Part shown: positions 37,013 to 50,599 of the stretch, one piece after another
Numbering within the stretch: position 1 is the first letter of the stretch
How the letters are laid out: each line of letters begins with the position of its first letter
Assembly (NCBI GenBank): GCA_951406725.2
Contig: OX597814.1
Location: 217,000,001-217,064,000, forward strand
Origin: Octopus vulgaris
Lineage: Eukaryota
Length of the DNA: 64,000 bases
Reading direction: 5' to 3'
Notes under the pieces: generated by a model
Seen by the model: the letters and a program-made list of their open reading frames with translations, nothing else
Told to the model about the DNA's origin: nothing
The model's database searches: none
Translations under genes and position numbers: made by a program

Positions 37013-37826
37013 TAAATAATAAATAAAATAATGTACCAGTCAAGCACTGCAGGCAATTTAATATTCATATGATAAATATTATAGAAGTGAAAAGACATAC
37101 AATCATGATTAAGAAATACATAAGTTGGGTAACATAAGATACGGAAGATAAAGATGTGTCTCCGAACATTAATAGTAAAACTAGTAGTGTTTGAACTAGA
37201 CTCTAGTCTAGTATAGTGACTATTTGCAAATATTTTAAAGGAAATTAGTTAGGAAAGGCGAGCGAGTGAGTCATCATCTGCTTTGCAACCCCAACTTCCT
37301 ACTGACTAGTGAGAACTATGCAGTTAATACTTCAGTTTAAATGTCTGTAGATTGATATCTGCACAAGATTAAAAAAAGGGGGCTGGGTTGAAATTGCCAT
37401 TGTTATTGTCTCCTTCCCCTCCAGATATCACAATTTGTGTGAGATTTGTGGGTAAGGAGACACAATAAGAAAAACCAGATAGAGATGCTGTATGCAGATA
37501 ACTGCTTCAGAACAACAAATGCCATTGTAATAACAGAAGTAGAGAAGTAACCGTGCATTACTAAGAGTCTCTACACAAATATGCTTGCATATCAGTAATA
37601 TTCCTATCTTTGGATGGAACACTTTTTTTTTCCACCTTATTTCTGTTAAAATATGCCAACATTGGTTCAATTAATTTTAAATATAATGAAGCATTTACTA
37701 AATAACTCATATTTGTGAAGAAATGGGACCAAATTTTAAGAAGCTTCTACTACACACACAGGTTTGTTGGCTTTCAAATGGTCATGTTGTTTGTCATGTA
37801 TATGAATTAAGAGAAATGGTGCTTAA

Positions 37827-38046
37827 CCCTTTCATTACCAACCCGGCTAAAACCGGCTCTGGCTCTGAGTACAAATGTCTTGTTTTCACAAGTTTTGAAT
37901 TAAAATCTTCCACCAAACCTTAGTCACAATTTACGTTGCTAACACTAGCTGAATGATATCTAAGTTATTTTACTAAATTCTTTGTTATATTTAAAGTAAT
38001 TCAAAGAAACACAGAGCATCTCAAAATAAATACAGTAACGAAAGGG
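37827..38046. mobile_element. piggyBac-type MITE (same family as 21601), nested in the hAT fossil
   Basis: TTAA TSD; TIR CCCTTTCATTAC / GTAACGAAAGGG. Removing it restores the hAT reading frame (EMVLKLCKENQQ). Confidence 0.88.
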
Positions 38047-38536
38047 TTAAACTTTGCAAAGAAAATCAACAGAATGAATTCCACGGTCTGATACAAGACA
38101 AACTTTGGTACACCAAATTGGCATATCTTTCAGACATATTCGAACATTTGAATAAAATTAACACAAGACAAGATAACAATTTAGAAATGCAAAGTTAAAG
38201 AAGGAAATTTTAAAATGTTTTTCAAAACTTGTGAGTGTGAGCTAAAATGTGAGGTCAGCTCGTTAATTGTCGACCATTTAACATTGCTTAGAGAAAAACT
38301 TAATTATTATTTTCCAAATACTGAAATCCAAAACTATGATTGGATCAGAAATTCATTTCTTGTGACTGCAACGATTGATTTTTCACTTACTGAAGAGAAC
38401 CAGCTGAAATCAAGAATGATTGGTGTCTGTTATTGATTTATGAAGACGGGAACTTACAGAACTTTTGGATTCATGTTTCAAAGAAGCACCCAAACCTAGC
38501 TAAAAAAGCTTTACTAATTCTTTTGCAGTTTTCTAC

Positions 38537-38680
38537 TCTCGGCCTTTTGGCTAAGATCAAAGTGCAGTATCTGTTCTTATCAGCTTAATATCTGATACGG
38601 TCCCTATTTGGGACCATCGATATTAAACTGATTTTTAGAACAAGGCGAAGAGTTAGGGACTTGCTCCGCCTTTGCCACGG
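38537..38680 (+). pseudogene. Truncated U2 snRNA retrocopy
   Basis: tctcggccttttggctaagatcaaagtgcagtatctgttcttatcagcttaatatctgatac...atttttag...gcttgctcc-like stem III. Lacks the first ~6 nt and stem-loop IV. Branch-recognition GTAGTA is changed to GCAGTA. Confidence 0.92.
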
Positions 38681-38689
38681 CAATATTAT

Positions 38690-38860
38690 ACTACACTCGC
38701 GGAGTGGTTGGCGTTAGGAAGGGCATCCAGCTGTAGAAACTCTGTCAGATCAGACTGGAGCCTGGTGCAGCCCCTGGCTTCCCAGACCCCGGTTGAACCA
38801 TCTAACCCATGCTAGCGCGGAAAACGGACGTTAAACGATAATGATGATGATGATGATGAT
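38690..38860 (+). mobile_element. RTE 3' tail directly joined to the U2 fragment
   Basis: actacactcgcggagtggttggcgttaggaagggcatcc...aaacggacgttaaacga(tga)n. Confidence 0.88.
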
Positions 38861-40869
38861 ACATTTGTGAAGCAGCTTTGTCAGTAATGCTAAACTTAAA
38901 GACATCGAAATGTGGAAACTTGAAAATGCTTGACAGTGAAATATGAGTGCCATTATCTACTATTCCACCTAATGTCCAAAATCTTTATTCTTCCCATCAA
39001 GCTCATGTATCTCACTGAAATAGGTTATAAAAGTTATTTTTTTATTAATCCTTGCACATATTTACAGATTATTATCAATAAATGATAACTTACATTTCTC
39101 TTGAAAATGTATTTTATTTTGCTTACAAGCTATATATTTAAAAATATAAATGAAAGGTTTTCTTAACATGTCCCGCTATTAAAATTAATTTATGCATCAG
39201 CATCTTATAGCCATGGTCGATCATATTAAAATAATTAAAGTTAGGTTTGCATAAAACTTAATTGGTGTGCCGTTTAATTATGTATGTTTAATTATGTATG
39301 TTTAAAAAGTGTGTCACTAACTGAAAGAGTTTGGAAAACACTGCTCTACAAGTTCCTCCCTGTAGGCCTGAACCTAGAGAATTTCAAGTTAAGCATCAGC
39401 CTCAAGGGTCTGCAAAGACTACGGACATTGCTAGCTTCTTTTTTGAGACAGCTTAATATAGCAATGTCCTGAGCAAGACATTAAACTTATTTGTGGGAAT
39501 AAGGGAAGAGTATGAAGTTACTCCTTAGTTACCAATACTCCCAAGTCTGCTCTGGCCTGGGGTGGTAGCCCCTGTCAAGGACCCAAGTTATGAAGTAAAT
39601 ACACACGGTCCACTAGCTGAAGCATGCAGGACTCATAGGAGGGTTAGACATATCTGGACATGGTCCAATACCTTGTGAACTAGTCCCCTACTTAAGAGTT
39701 AAATAGGTCCTGTACCCCAATAGTAACCTTATGTGAAAAAGAGACAAGCAGAGTAAAGTGTAAATAAACCAGCAGAAGGCAACCGGAAACTATTGCCTTA
39801 TTTTTCTGAAGAAAAATCCTAAATCTTCAAACTGGCATGAAGATCCACAACCACCAAAGCATACAGACATGGCACATGGAGAGTCCAAACCTTCTCATAG
39901 AGAATAAAGATTACCAACAATTGGAAGTATATTGGAAAGACTTAGTCTCTGTTGTAGCTCTTAAAACAGGTGACTTGTGCTTTAACAAATACAGGCTTTT
40001 GAGGAACGTCTACTGCACTTCAGCTGAACTATGCATTGGGATCAATGTAAAAAGTAGTGACAAATCATTGGCTTTGGTTCCTTCTTTCCCTCCTCTACCA
40101 ACACCAAACACTGAAACTACATCATGTAATACACGAGTGGTGTTTTATGACAGTTAAGTATGGTTAACAGAAATGAAACATTTTTTGTGAAGAATGAAAT
40201 GAACAGACTCCAACTATAATGGAAATTTATTTTTAAAAAATCACTAATTATAGAAAGATTAAAAAAGAATTGGGTGTTAGAAGTAATAAAGGCATAAATA
40301 TTGAAATGGCTTCAACATGTAATAAGAATAGATTACATATGGTGTGTAAAGGCATAAACTGGAGGTTAGTCCAGGATATATTGAGCGAAAACAGGCCCAG
40401 AGAGAAATTTGTAGTTAACCCAAGATTTAATGAAAAAATAGAAATAAATAATATACAAAATTCAGCTAAATTATATCAGGGTTCAATATAAAACAGATTT
40501 CTATGATTAACACTCCCTATTAGAATATGTTTAGAATATGTTGGAAACATTTTGGCAAGTGGTAATTAATACTTAATAGAAGAATGATTTTTGTTGGTGA
40601 CGTAGGTAGTGTAGAATAGTGATAAATGTTTGGAGTATTGAATGCCCAGGATTTTGTCCTTACTGGGATAGGCATGAATGTCATAACTAAATTTTTTCCA
40701 GAGTTTAATTGGCTTATTTAATTAAAACCACATTTTATTCATTGCTCTCTTGAAATGCCCCCACCTTCCAAGAAAAAAACCCCTCTCATTTTATTAGCTG
40801 TATAAAGGACTAGTTGATATTCATTACATTAAGGAATGACACGAGAAAGAATTCTTAATATAATGAAAT

Positions 40870-40919
<50 letters not shown>

Positions 40920-41539
40920 CTGAATTAAAACCACTGTGTATACACACCCAGTTATATTTATTTCAGGAAAAAAATCTAAGATCACAAATAAAAATATAAA
41001 TCTAGGAGGGTGGTGTTTGAGAAGTGAAACAATTATTTTATACTGTCATACAAAGATGGGAATATTTTCTTTTTATTGGAATTTCTCACATTAAACATTA
41101 ATAACTTGGAAAACAAAAAAGTTACACCCCACCAAATCAGATATCTTGATTAGTAACAACAAATACTTTTGGTGCATGAACTAGTCAACACAATAGTTAT
41201 AATAAAAAGAATTCAAGCAAAAACAGCAACAAACAACTTGGCAGTGGTGTATAGACTGTATTAAACTGACCTAAAAACCTGGATCTTTCCGATGTAATGT
41301 AGTAGTAGCCCAACCCTGACATATCTTCACACATTCCTTTCATCTTAATGAAATAAAGAGTGACAGCAATAGCAGGGCCACTGATACAATGGTATATATA
41401 TATATACAATAACATTAGGTTGATAACTAATATTGTATTTGTTACAGTTGTACATACCTTCTCTGTTGCTGAAATAACATTTGGAAGGTTTGCAGTGGTT
41501 CAGGAATTTACTTTTGCTTAAATATATACAAGTAATATA

Positions 41540-41754
41540 CAGGGTGGGCCAAAAATCACGCACCGAAACAGTTGCCGGGTTTTTATATTATTTTATTATA
41601 ATTATCAGTATTACTTTTCATTTTGTTCACCATCTACAAGTATGTGTGTGTTCATCATTTTATATATTTTATTCAATTTTAAAAAAATCAAGGAATGCTT
41701 TTGACAATTTGAGAGCGTATTGAGCTTATTTTGTGTGACTTTTGGCCCGCTGTG
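41540..41754. mobile_element. Tc1/mariner-type MITE
   Basis: TA-CAGGGTGGGCCAAAAATCACGCA ... TGTGTGACTTTTGGCCCGCTGTG (imperfect TIRs). Confidence 0.6.
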
Positions 41755-41932
41755 TGTGCGTATTTTTCTGTTTTCTATGGGTATTTACCCAATTTTCCAG
41801 GCTGTTTTCACAGCTATCCCACATTCGATATTTACTTTATTTTCTCTAAAGTACCAACCTACTTGACACTTCGAAGTTTGTTTATATATACATATATATA
41901 CACACACACACACATATCCATACATCTATGTA

Positions 41933-41983
<51 letters not shown>

Positions 41984-42689
41984 TCATCATCATCGTTCAA
42001 CGTCCGTTTTCCGCGCTAGCACGGGTTGGACAGTTCGACCAGGGTCTGGGAAGCCAGGGGCTGCACCAGGCTCCAGTCTGATCTGGCAGAGTTTCTACAG
42101 CTGGATGCCCTTCCTAACGCCAACCACTCCGCGAGTGTAGTGGGTGCTTTTTACGTGCCACCTGCACAGGTGCCAGGGGGTCCGGCATCGGCCACGATTG
42201 GTTGGAGCTTTTAACGTGCCACCGGCACGGAAGCCAGCCAAGGAGGCGCTGGCAACGGCCACGTTCGGATGGTGCTTTTTATGTGCCACCGGCACTGGAG
42301 CCAGTCGAGGCGGCGCTGGCAACGGCCACATTCGGACGGTGCTTTTTATGTGCCACTGTAAATGCATACATGCATATATGTATGTAGAGATTAGTGGTCA
42401 GTGACTTTAGACTTAAGGCTAGAAAGATCCAGAGACACAAACTGATATGGAAAAAAGTTATGGAAGCTCAAGGATCCTGCAAACAGGCAAAGACTTAGCA
42501 ATGTTCTTTATGAAGCTTTTGTTGAGAAGGAGGAAGAGATAGAGACAGATGACAATTGGAAGTTTTTGCAAAACAATGCACTGAGGACAACAGATCAAAT
42601 CTGTGGTTGAAGCAAAGTTTCTGTCACATCATAGGTGACATGGTGGTGGAACAATGGAGTTGACAGGGCTATAAAAGAGTGGAAAAGTA

Positions 42690-43435
42690 GTAGTAGCAAA
42701 GAACCATATCGTTTAGCTAAAAGTGAAGCTAGGCATTAGGTTTATGTAGAAGCAGAAAGGAAGGGGTTTGCCAGTGTCTTACAGCATGAAAATCACAGAC
42801 TTGAGGTGTTCCGGATTGCTAGACAGAATGCTCGAGAGAAGTGAGATGTTGTGGGAGAGAAATGTGTAGCAATGGATAATGGTATGCCTATCCTTAGTGA
42901 TCCTGAAAAGAATGAGGCAGAGAAGAGCTACTATGAAAAGCTATTAAATGTGTAGAATGAATGGGAGAAAAGGAGTCTCCCCTAGATAAACTCAACAGCT
43001 ATATGAAGCAACAAATCACTGGACCAGATGATGAAAGGTATGGAGAATGTTAATTAGGAACAAAAATAGACTAAATGAAATGCAGTTTGACTTTGTTCTG
43101 GAGAGAAACATTATTGATGCTACTTTCACATTGAGGCACCTGCAAGAGAAGTGGTCTCTGAGGAAGCTAGGGGTAGATGAATGGCTTGTGAAAGCAAACA
43201 GGCTATGTAAAGGGGTACTGTTAGCAAAGTAAGAGTTAGTCATGAGTACAGTGATATATTTTAGTGGACAGGTAGGTGTTCACCAAGGCTCAGTCCTCAT
43301 CCCCCTTCTATTCACCATTGTCTTCCAGGTTATAACAGAATAATTTAAGACTGGAAAACCATGGGAATTACTGTATGCTGATGATGTTGCCCTCATTGCA
43401 GAATCTGTACCAGAACTAGAAAAGAAATTCCAGGA
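42690..43435 (+). mobile_element. Degraded RTE LINE RT fragment
   Basis: EMQFDFV...IDATF..RHLQEK|WSLRKLGVDEWLVKA, GVHQGSVL.PLLF, PWELLYADDVALIAES. Confidence 0.8.
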
Positions 43436-43847
43436 AAGGTATAGGCAAGAATTTCATTCAGTGTACCCAGTGTAAGCTATGGAGACACAAGAGGCACACT
43501 GGAATCACAGGAAAGCTAACAGAGAAAGTAGTCAGGCTCACAATCACGAGGTAATTAGTTCAATTCCTGGACCAGCCTGCATCTTGTACTCTTCAGCAAG
43601 ACATTTTATTTCCTGTTACTCCAGTTCACTCAGCTGTGGAAATGAGTTGCAGCATCACTGGTGCCAAGCTATATTGGCCTTTGCTTTTCCCTTGGATAAC
43701 ACAGGGGAGGCTGGTATGCATGGATGACTGCTGGTCTTCCATAAACAACCTTGCTCTGACTTGTACCTTGGAAGGGAAGTTTCTAGGTGGAATCCCATTG
43801 TCATTCATGACTGAAGGAGATCTTTACCCTTTATATGTATGTGTGTG

Positions 43848-43884
<37 letters not shown>

Positions 43885-45780
43885 CTTTGAAACACGCTGG
43901 AGTTGAACTAGGGACAGCTGATGAAGGGGATTTTTCCTGTGTAGTTTGTCTTGTACCCTGTTTTTTCGTTGTTTAAAAAATGGTCCGTTCCCTGCTTGTT
44001 TTTACTTCTTCGTTTTCGTTTTTCGTTTAGTTCTACGTCTAATTGTGGTGTCCTGTACTCATGTATATATATTTATATATGCATGTATATATACATGTAG
44101 ATGTAGGTACGTACATATATGTATGTATGTATGCATATATTTTATTTATTACACTATTGTATGACTGAGCGCCTTCGCGTCGATTCGATTCGATTCGTTT
44201 CGTTTCTTCTTCTCTAACCCAGTTTTTATATATATATATATATATATATATAAATGTTTATCTCTATGTGTGTGTGAGTTCATATAAAAGTTTCTCTTTC
44301 ACACACACACATATATATATATATATGTTTTGAGAAAGAATATGATTAATCAGAAATTCTCTCGCAAAGTTAAGGTTTGCACTTAGAAGTGCTCAAGAGG
44401 AACTCGAGACAAAAGATAAAAATATATAATATGAAGAAACCTAAGTCAAGGTAATATAATCCATAAACTTGACTGATTTCAGATGAATTTAAAGAACAAG
44501 TATATATATATATGATACATTAAAAATATATAAATACATAGACATTTTTAAAAAATCTATAAATAAATATAGTAAAAATATATATGTAATAGATTTTAAA
44601 ATAATTTTAGATGTAAACGGAAATATATTAAAACATCATTTATGCATAAATATATTCAAGAAGGTATGAAGTAGTGGTGAGAACAAAATAAAAGATACAA
44701 GGAGGTAAGAAATTAAAAGTGAGGATAGTTAAAAATATATAAATGTTTATTTGTTTGTGTGTGTGTGTGAGTTTATACAAAAGTTTCTTTCTCCTATATA
44801 TATATATGTATTTTTCAAATGATTTAGAATCTTATCCAAATATCTAAAATCTATCTATCAATGGGATGCAAATCTATAGAATAGGTATATGAAGATCAGT
44901 CGCAATGATTGTTTCTAACATGGGCACAAGGCCACAAATTTTGGGAAAAGGAGGTTCGTCAATTAAATAAACCTAAGCCTTTGACTGGTATTTTATCAGC
45001 TGTAGAAGGACAAAGCAAAGATGACCATGGCAGGATTTAAACTCCTCATGGGTAGTAATAATCTTTTCTACTATGGGCACAAGGACTGAAATTTTGGAGG
45101 AGAGATTACATAGACTCCAGTGCTCAACTGGTACTTATTCTGTCATCCCTGAAAGGATGAAAGGCAAAGTTGACCTCAGTGGAATTTGAACTCCAAATGC
45201 AAAGACAGATCAAATGCTGCTATGCATTTTGGACTGATTACGAACAATCCTGCCAATTTGCAGCTATTATGATTAAAACTATAATTAAGTAAAACTAATT
45301 TAAGTAACAGAACAGATAAGCTGATATGTCATAATAGATTTCCATGTATGGTATAATGAATCCTGCTTTGTCCTTTATTTTCTAAGCCAATCTCATTACT
45401 TCCATATCGTAAACAGTTTACTCATTACTAGTCATTGATAACGAGGATCATCCCTGTCCACTGTTTATTCAGTCACTTATCTCAAGAGTCGAAACCAGAT
45501 ATTCTAAACCTTTAATTATTACTGTGTGGTAAGGAGCTTGCTTACCAACCACATGGTTCCAGGTTCAGTCCCACTGTCTGGCACTCGGGTAAGTGTCTCC
45601 TACCATAACCTTGGGCTGACCAAAGCCTTGAGAGTGGATCCAGTAGATGGAAACTGAAAGAAGTCTGTCATATACATACATATGTGTGTATCCCACCACT
45701 GCTGGACAATCAGTGTTGGTGTGTTTACATCCCTATAATTTAGCAGTTCAGCGAAAGAGGCTGATAGAATATTACTGCAC

Positions 45781-48010
45781 TTAATTCATTTCATGCCTTG
45801 CATATGATCCATTCGCTGTCATTAGGCTATCCAGTTATCCAGCCATGTCAGTCACTAAGGAATAAGTGGAACTGATTTCAGTTTTAGGTGATACTAAACA
45901 GAAAGAAAATAATTTTATCACTGAATTACATCAAGGGTTTTTTTTACTTTTTTGTCCTAGAAAATATCCTAAAAGGATTTTAACCCCATGACAATGGTTT
46001 CTTTTTTTTCAAGCAACTAGGTTGCATTGATGGTAATCATCTTGGCTGAGATCAGCAATTAGCGCATGACAATGGTTCAGCATATATTTACATCAACTGC
46101 TTTAACCAGTTTACAGCAGTGATTCATTTGGTTGTTTGTACATGGCAATGGTAATCGTGCCAATCGAGGTCAGCACTCAGTGCAAGATAATGCTTGGTGT
46201 ATATTTACATCAACCACTTTAGTGCAAGTACTGTTTATTTACCTAAACTATATCCCTGTGCAGGACAGCTCATACAACTTTATTCCTGAACAAGATCACT
46301 CGACAGCACAAGTCAGATCAACTTCATGGATTTACAATCATGTGAATTCAAAAACTGACTTTAGAGTGGTAGAGTTCAAAACAGAGTACCACACACAATG
46401 GCATATCACATTATGAACAATGGTATCTAGTTTCCTTACGTTTCCCTTTTGCTTTGCATACTGTGCATCTCTTTGAAGCATTTGTCTTCTTGGTGGTGGG
46501 GGGAAACAGTCGAGGTAAATGTCTACGCCCTTTCACCATGCAGTGAAGAGAGAGTCTGGATTGGGGACGTCCACACATTCTCTACTTTGGCAGGTCTGAT
46601 ACTTCTATCATCTCATGGAACAATAGATTCAGAGCGATTGACCCTGCCCGTCCCTTCATTGTATGAAACAACCACACTTGGTTTCATTATGGCATTACCG
46701 TCTGCATTTTGTTTCCTAGTGTCCTTCATGTTTGCAGAAAGCAGACATCTTTCTTGTCATGCCACACTAGAATGAGAATGCCACTATCGGCGCATGGTAC
46801 GCTGTTTCCCGCTTTTGAAGTTTTATTTTGTGAAGATCAGATGAATATTTTCACTGTGTGTCCCCACAGTCCTACAGGCATTAGTCCTCCCCGCCTGCGG
46901 CAGCAGGAAGAGGTATGGACTGGAAAACCAGTTGTCCATATAAATATTGTAGCCTTTGTCAAAGGAGTTTTCATTCAGTGACAGCACAACATCAGTTGAT
47001 GCTAGAATAGATGCTGGAAGATACAATCTGTCCTGACCAGTGTAGATTTTGTAATTCCATATGTACCCACAGGCTCTGCCAATTGACTAGCATACTCTAT
47101 AGACCTTAGCCCCAAAGCAGGCATATTTCGTTGGGTTGTATGGTTTGAACTGGAGCCTTCCCTTGAATTTCCACAAACTTTCATCCATAGAAATGTCCTG
47201 TGTGGGGACATGCACTGTTCTGAAATTTTCAACCACTTCGCCAATGATAGGACATATTTTGTGCAACCTGTCATCCTGGTTCTCACCTGAGTTGAAATGT
47301 AGATTTCAAAGAAGTGACAAAAATTGATCACATGGCATCAATTCTAGAAAGAAAGGTGTCGACATGGCTGGATCCTGATTCCAATATGACGCCAGGGTTG
47401 GTTTTTTATGATGCTCACCAGTATGCAGGGCAAGCAGAACTTTGATTTTGTCCCCTGTGGTTGGAAACCAATCACCGCCATGTCCAGGTCTGACATGCTG
47501 GGGATGATTTTCAGCATGGTCATTCATTTCATCCACTATATATTGGAACATTTTATCTACCGAGAACTGATGGAAGATTTCCAGGGCCATTCACTGCTAC
47601 CCGCCTGTACCTTTGATTCATTGGAATACCATCATCGCTATTGGTATGATCTGATTCTGAACTAGGAAAATACTCACTCTCCGAGTCATCATCTGAACTG
47701 GAAGAAACAACTGGTGAGGTGGTGGAGCTTAGTGTAGCTTGGCACAACAACTATAAATTTGTTGAAACAGGACATGGCGACGAAGTTGATGGAACTGGAA
47801 TGGTAGGATGCAACGACCATAAATTCACTGAAACAGGACACGATGACAAATTTGACAGAACTGGAGTGGCAGGACCACCCTATCAGGTTGTAAATATTTA
47901 CATGAAACATCTAATCGGCCTATAAGTTAGATGGTGTATAATTACGCTGACTGATTTAAAACATGTACATTACAAGCATTAATTTAAGTCAACCATTTTA
48001 AAAGGGTTAA
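45781..48010 (-). mobile_element. piggyBac (PGBD4-like) transposon fossil
   Basis: Broken ORFs: FHQFSVDKMFQYIVDEMN...WFPTT...YWNQDP, GYNIYMDNWFSSPYLF, KPSVVVSYNEGTGRVNRS. Right end is AAAGGG-TTAA; the left end is degenerate. Confidence 0.82.
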
Positions 48011-49274
48011 TATTGTGAAATTATCAATTCCAAATGTTACACTAAAATCCTATTCAGGTTTATCCATCAGTGATCAATGAAGGTTGTGACTTCAATGATG
48101 GGCTCTTCAAGAAGGGATTCAGTTACACAGGGACTGGAGAATCATAACTGATCCTACACACACTACATCTTTTGCATACTCTTACAAGCAACATAACTAT
48201 GGAAGAAGCCTTGTTTCATTGTCACAGATGTTGGGATATCACACAAATTTTGTGACCCCAAGTGGTACCATGAAATATACACCATCTGTTAATGGGTTTT
48301 CAAGAAGCATTCACCATTAGTGATGAAAGTCATGAGTTGTGTACGACCGAGTTTAAAATGGATTTGCAGAGCATCAACAGTCCCCTCTTGAACTAAATCA
48401 GCAGAATCTAGCTGCAAGACAGGCTTAGGATGTTAGAGGATGTCACTAGATGTAAGAATTACTAGAAACTTAACAAGAAGATTCTAATAAACAAGTAACT
48501 CAGTGAGTTGGGTTAAAAATTGTAGCAATTATAGATCTTCAAATCCTTCCGTAATCTGTTCTGGATATGGGGAAAATGCTTTAAAAATGATAAATTAGGC
48601 TATTTCAGCAAATTCTACACATTAAAACTACTGTATTTCACCAAATCTTTCTCTAACTATAATCTTTAGTGTATGAGCCTGATGAAGGGGAAGTAGCTTT
48701 AAATGTTAATTGTGCAACAAGTGATACTTTACATCAAATTAACAGTAAACTGATTAGACATCTAGTTCAAATGCCATTGTAGCATGTCCCATTGTTCTAG
48801 CATTGCTACTTATAAAGTTATCATTAGTCATCAAATTAACTGATATTTAACTTTTTATGAGGGTTCAGATTTGGAGTTAGTTGGCACTACAACAGCTTTG
48901 CTTGATTTTGGAGATAAAAACAAATGAACAAAAACACAGCACTTCAAGGTTATTTTAGTTAACAGCCCTTATAATTTTGAATTAATTGGCGCAGACATTT
49001 TGGAGCGTCATTTCGCTATGTCTCTAACAATTTACCAGCAGTAAAAGTTGTAATTCTAAAACTTTAGATTGAGCACAATTAAAAATAAGATTTGTTCAGT
49101 AAGCCTAGTTCCAGAATGACTAAAGAAAAAAAGGAGGTTGAGTATGAACTCCCTATACTCAAAGTAACAGAAATTATAACCCCACATCTGTAAAAGGTAT
49201 GAACAGTGCATCAGTGATTTTTTAAGTGTGAAAGATTGAATTAGCGAAGTATGCTGATTACAAAGTATATTTAA

Positions 49275-49491
49275 CCCTTTTGTTACTGTATTTATTTTGA
49301 GATACTCTGTTTCTTTCAATTACTTTAAATATAACAAAGAACTTAGTAAAATAACTTAGTTATCATTCAGCTAGTATTAGGAACATAACTTGTGAATAAG
49401 TTTGGTGGAAGATTTTAATTCAAAACTTATGAAAACAAGACATTTGTACTCAGAACCAGAGCCGGTTTCAGCTGGGTTGGTAACGAAAGGG
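49275..49491. mobile_element. piggyBac-type MITE (third copy)
   Basis: TTAA TSD; CCCTTTTGTTAC / GTAACGAAAGGG. Confidence 0.87.
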
Positions 49492-50599
49492 TTAAATGAG
49501 AAAATATACCACTTTCCTTAGTCAACTCATCATCTGATATGCAAGAAGCCAATTTTTTCTATATATTACTTAACCCCACCACTTTCTCTTTTTTTTTCTT
49601 TTTTTTTACCATATTTCTGTTGAAATACACTGCCTTTGTTTTTGTTAATTTTGGTAAAATGATGAAGAACCTAGTAAAATAATTTTGTCATTATTAAGAT
49701 GGTGTTTGAATCATAACGTTAGCATGAAGTTTTGATTTAGATCAATTTAACACGACACACAAACATATACACACACACACACATATATATATACATATAT
49801 ATGACGGGCTTCTTTCAGTTTCTGTCTACCAAATCCACTCACAAGGCTTTGGTCAGTCCGAGGCTATAGTAGAAGACACTTGCCTAAGGTGCCACGCAGT
49901 GGGACTGAACCTGGAATCATGTGGTTGGTAAGCAAGCTACTTACCACACAGCCACTCATATGCCTATTAAATGATGATGATGATGAAGTCTTTCCCACTA
50001 AAAACTGTTCATCTGCCATTGCAATTCTTTTTTTTTTAAAAAGGATTTTGATGTTTTCAGATGAGTTTCTCAACAGAATACAAGGTAAGCCCTCAAAATA
50101 TCAATGATTTTAAAATCATTCATGCTTTAGGTGAAACCATCAGTTATGTTGATGCTCTTAGTATATCAAAGTATAATCAAGATCAGTTTGACAGAATGCT
50201 TTTTTTTTTACAAATATGTTACATTCTGACATAAGTAATGATGAATTAATTTTTGCTGTCAAAGTTCAACATTTCATTGACCCTGAAAGGATGAAAGTTG
50301 AGTGTGGCAGAATTTAAACTCATCATAAACATAGATGAAATGCCACCAAGCATTTTGTCCAGTATGTTAATGATTCTGCCAGCTCACTGCCTAAAGAATA
50401 ACTGAAAACAAACAAAAAAAAAAGATAAATATCAGGAACTAGCCAGAAAGATGAAGAGATTGTGGAAGACTAAGATGACAATTATTCCTGTGCACTCAGC
50501 ACAAAACTACTACCTAAGAAGCTGAAGAATGTTGAAATTGAAACATGCATTGTTGACCAGCAGAAAAGTACAATTCTATATTCTACAAAAATCAATTGC

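Larger units (their letters stand above)
37711..39343 (+). mobile_element. hAT (Buster/Charlie-like) transposon fossil, 3' part, with nested insertions
   Basis: ICEEMG..LLLHTQVCWLSNG..VYELR, WYTKLAYLSDIFEHLN, DWIRN.F, LLQFST|YICEAA.S, HQAHVSH*. Terminus gtttggaaaacactg. Confidence 0.85.

Noticed and set aside
38537-38680. Functional U2 gene, or Utopia/Keno target-site insertion
   Set aside because: Truncated at both ends, branch-recognition sequence mutated, embedded in a transposase fossil. The junction is at U2 nt ~150 with an RTE tail, and the rest of U2 is absent.
40874-40916. (TA)n, (TG)n, (GA)n and (GAT)n microsatellites throughout the window
   Set aside because: Ordinary background here, mostly SINE/LINE tails or internal tracts.
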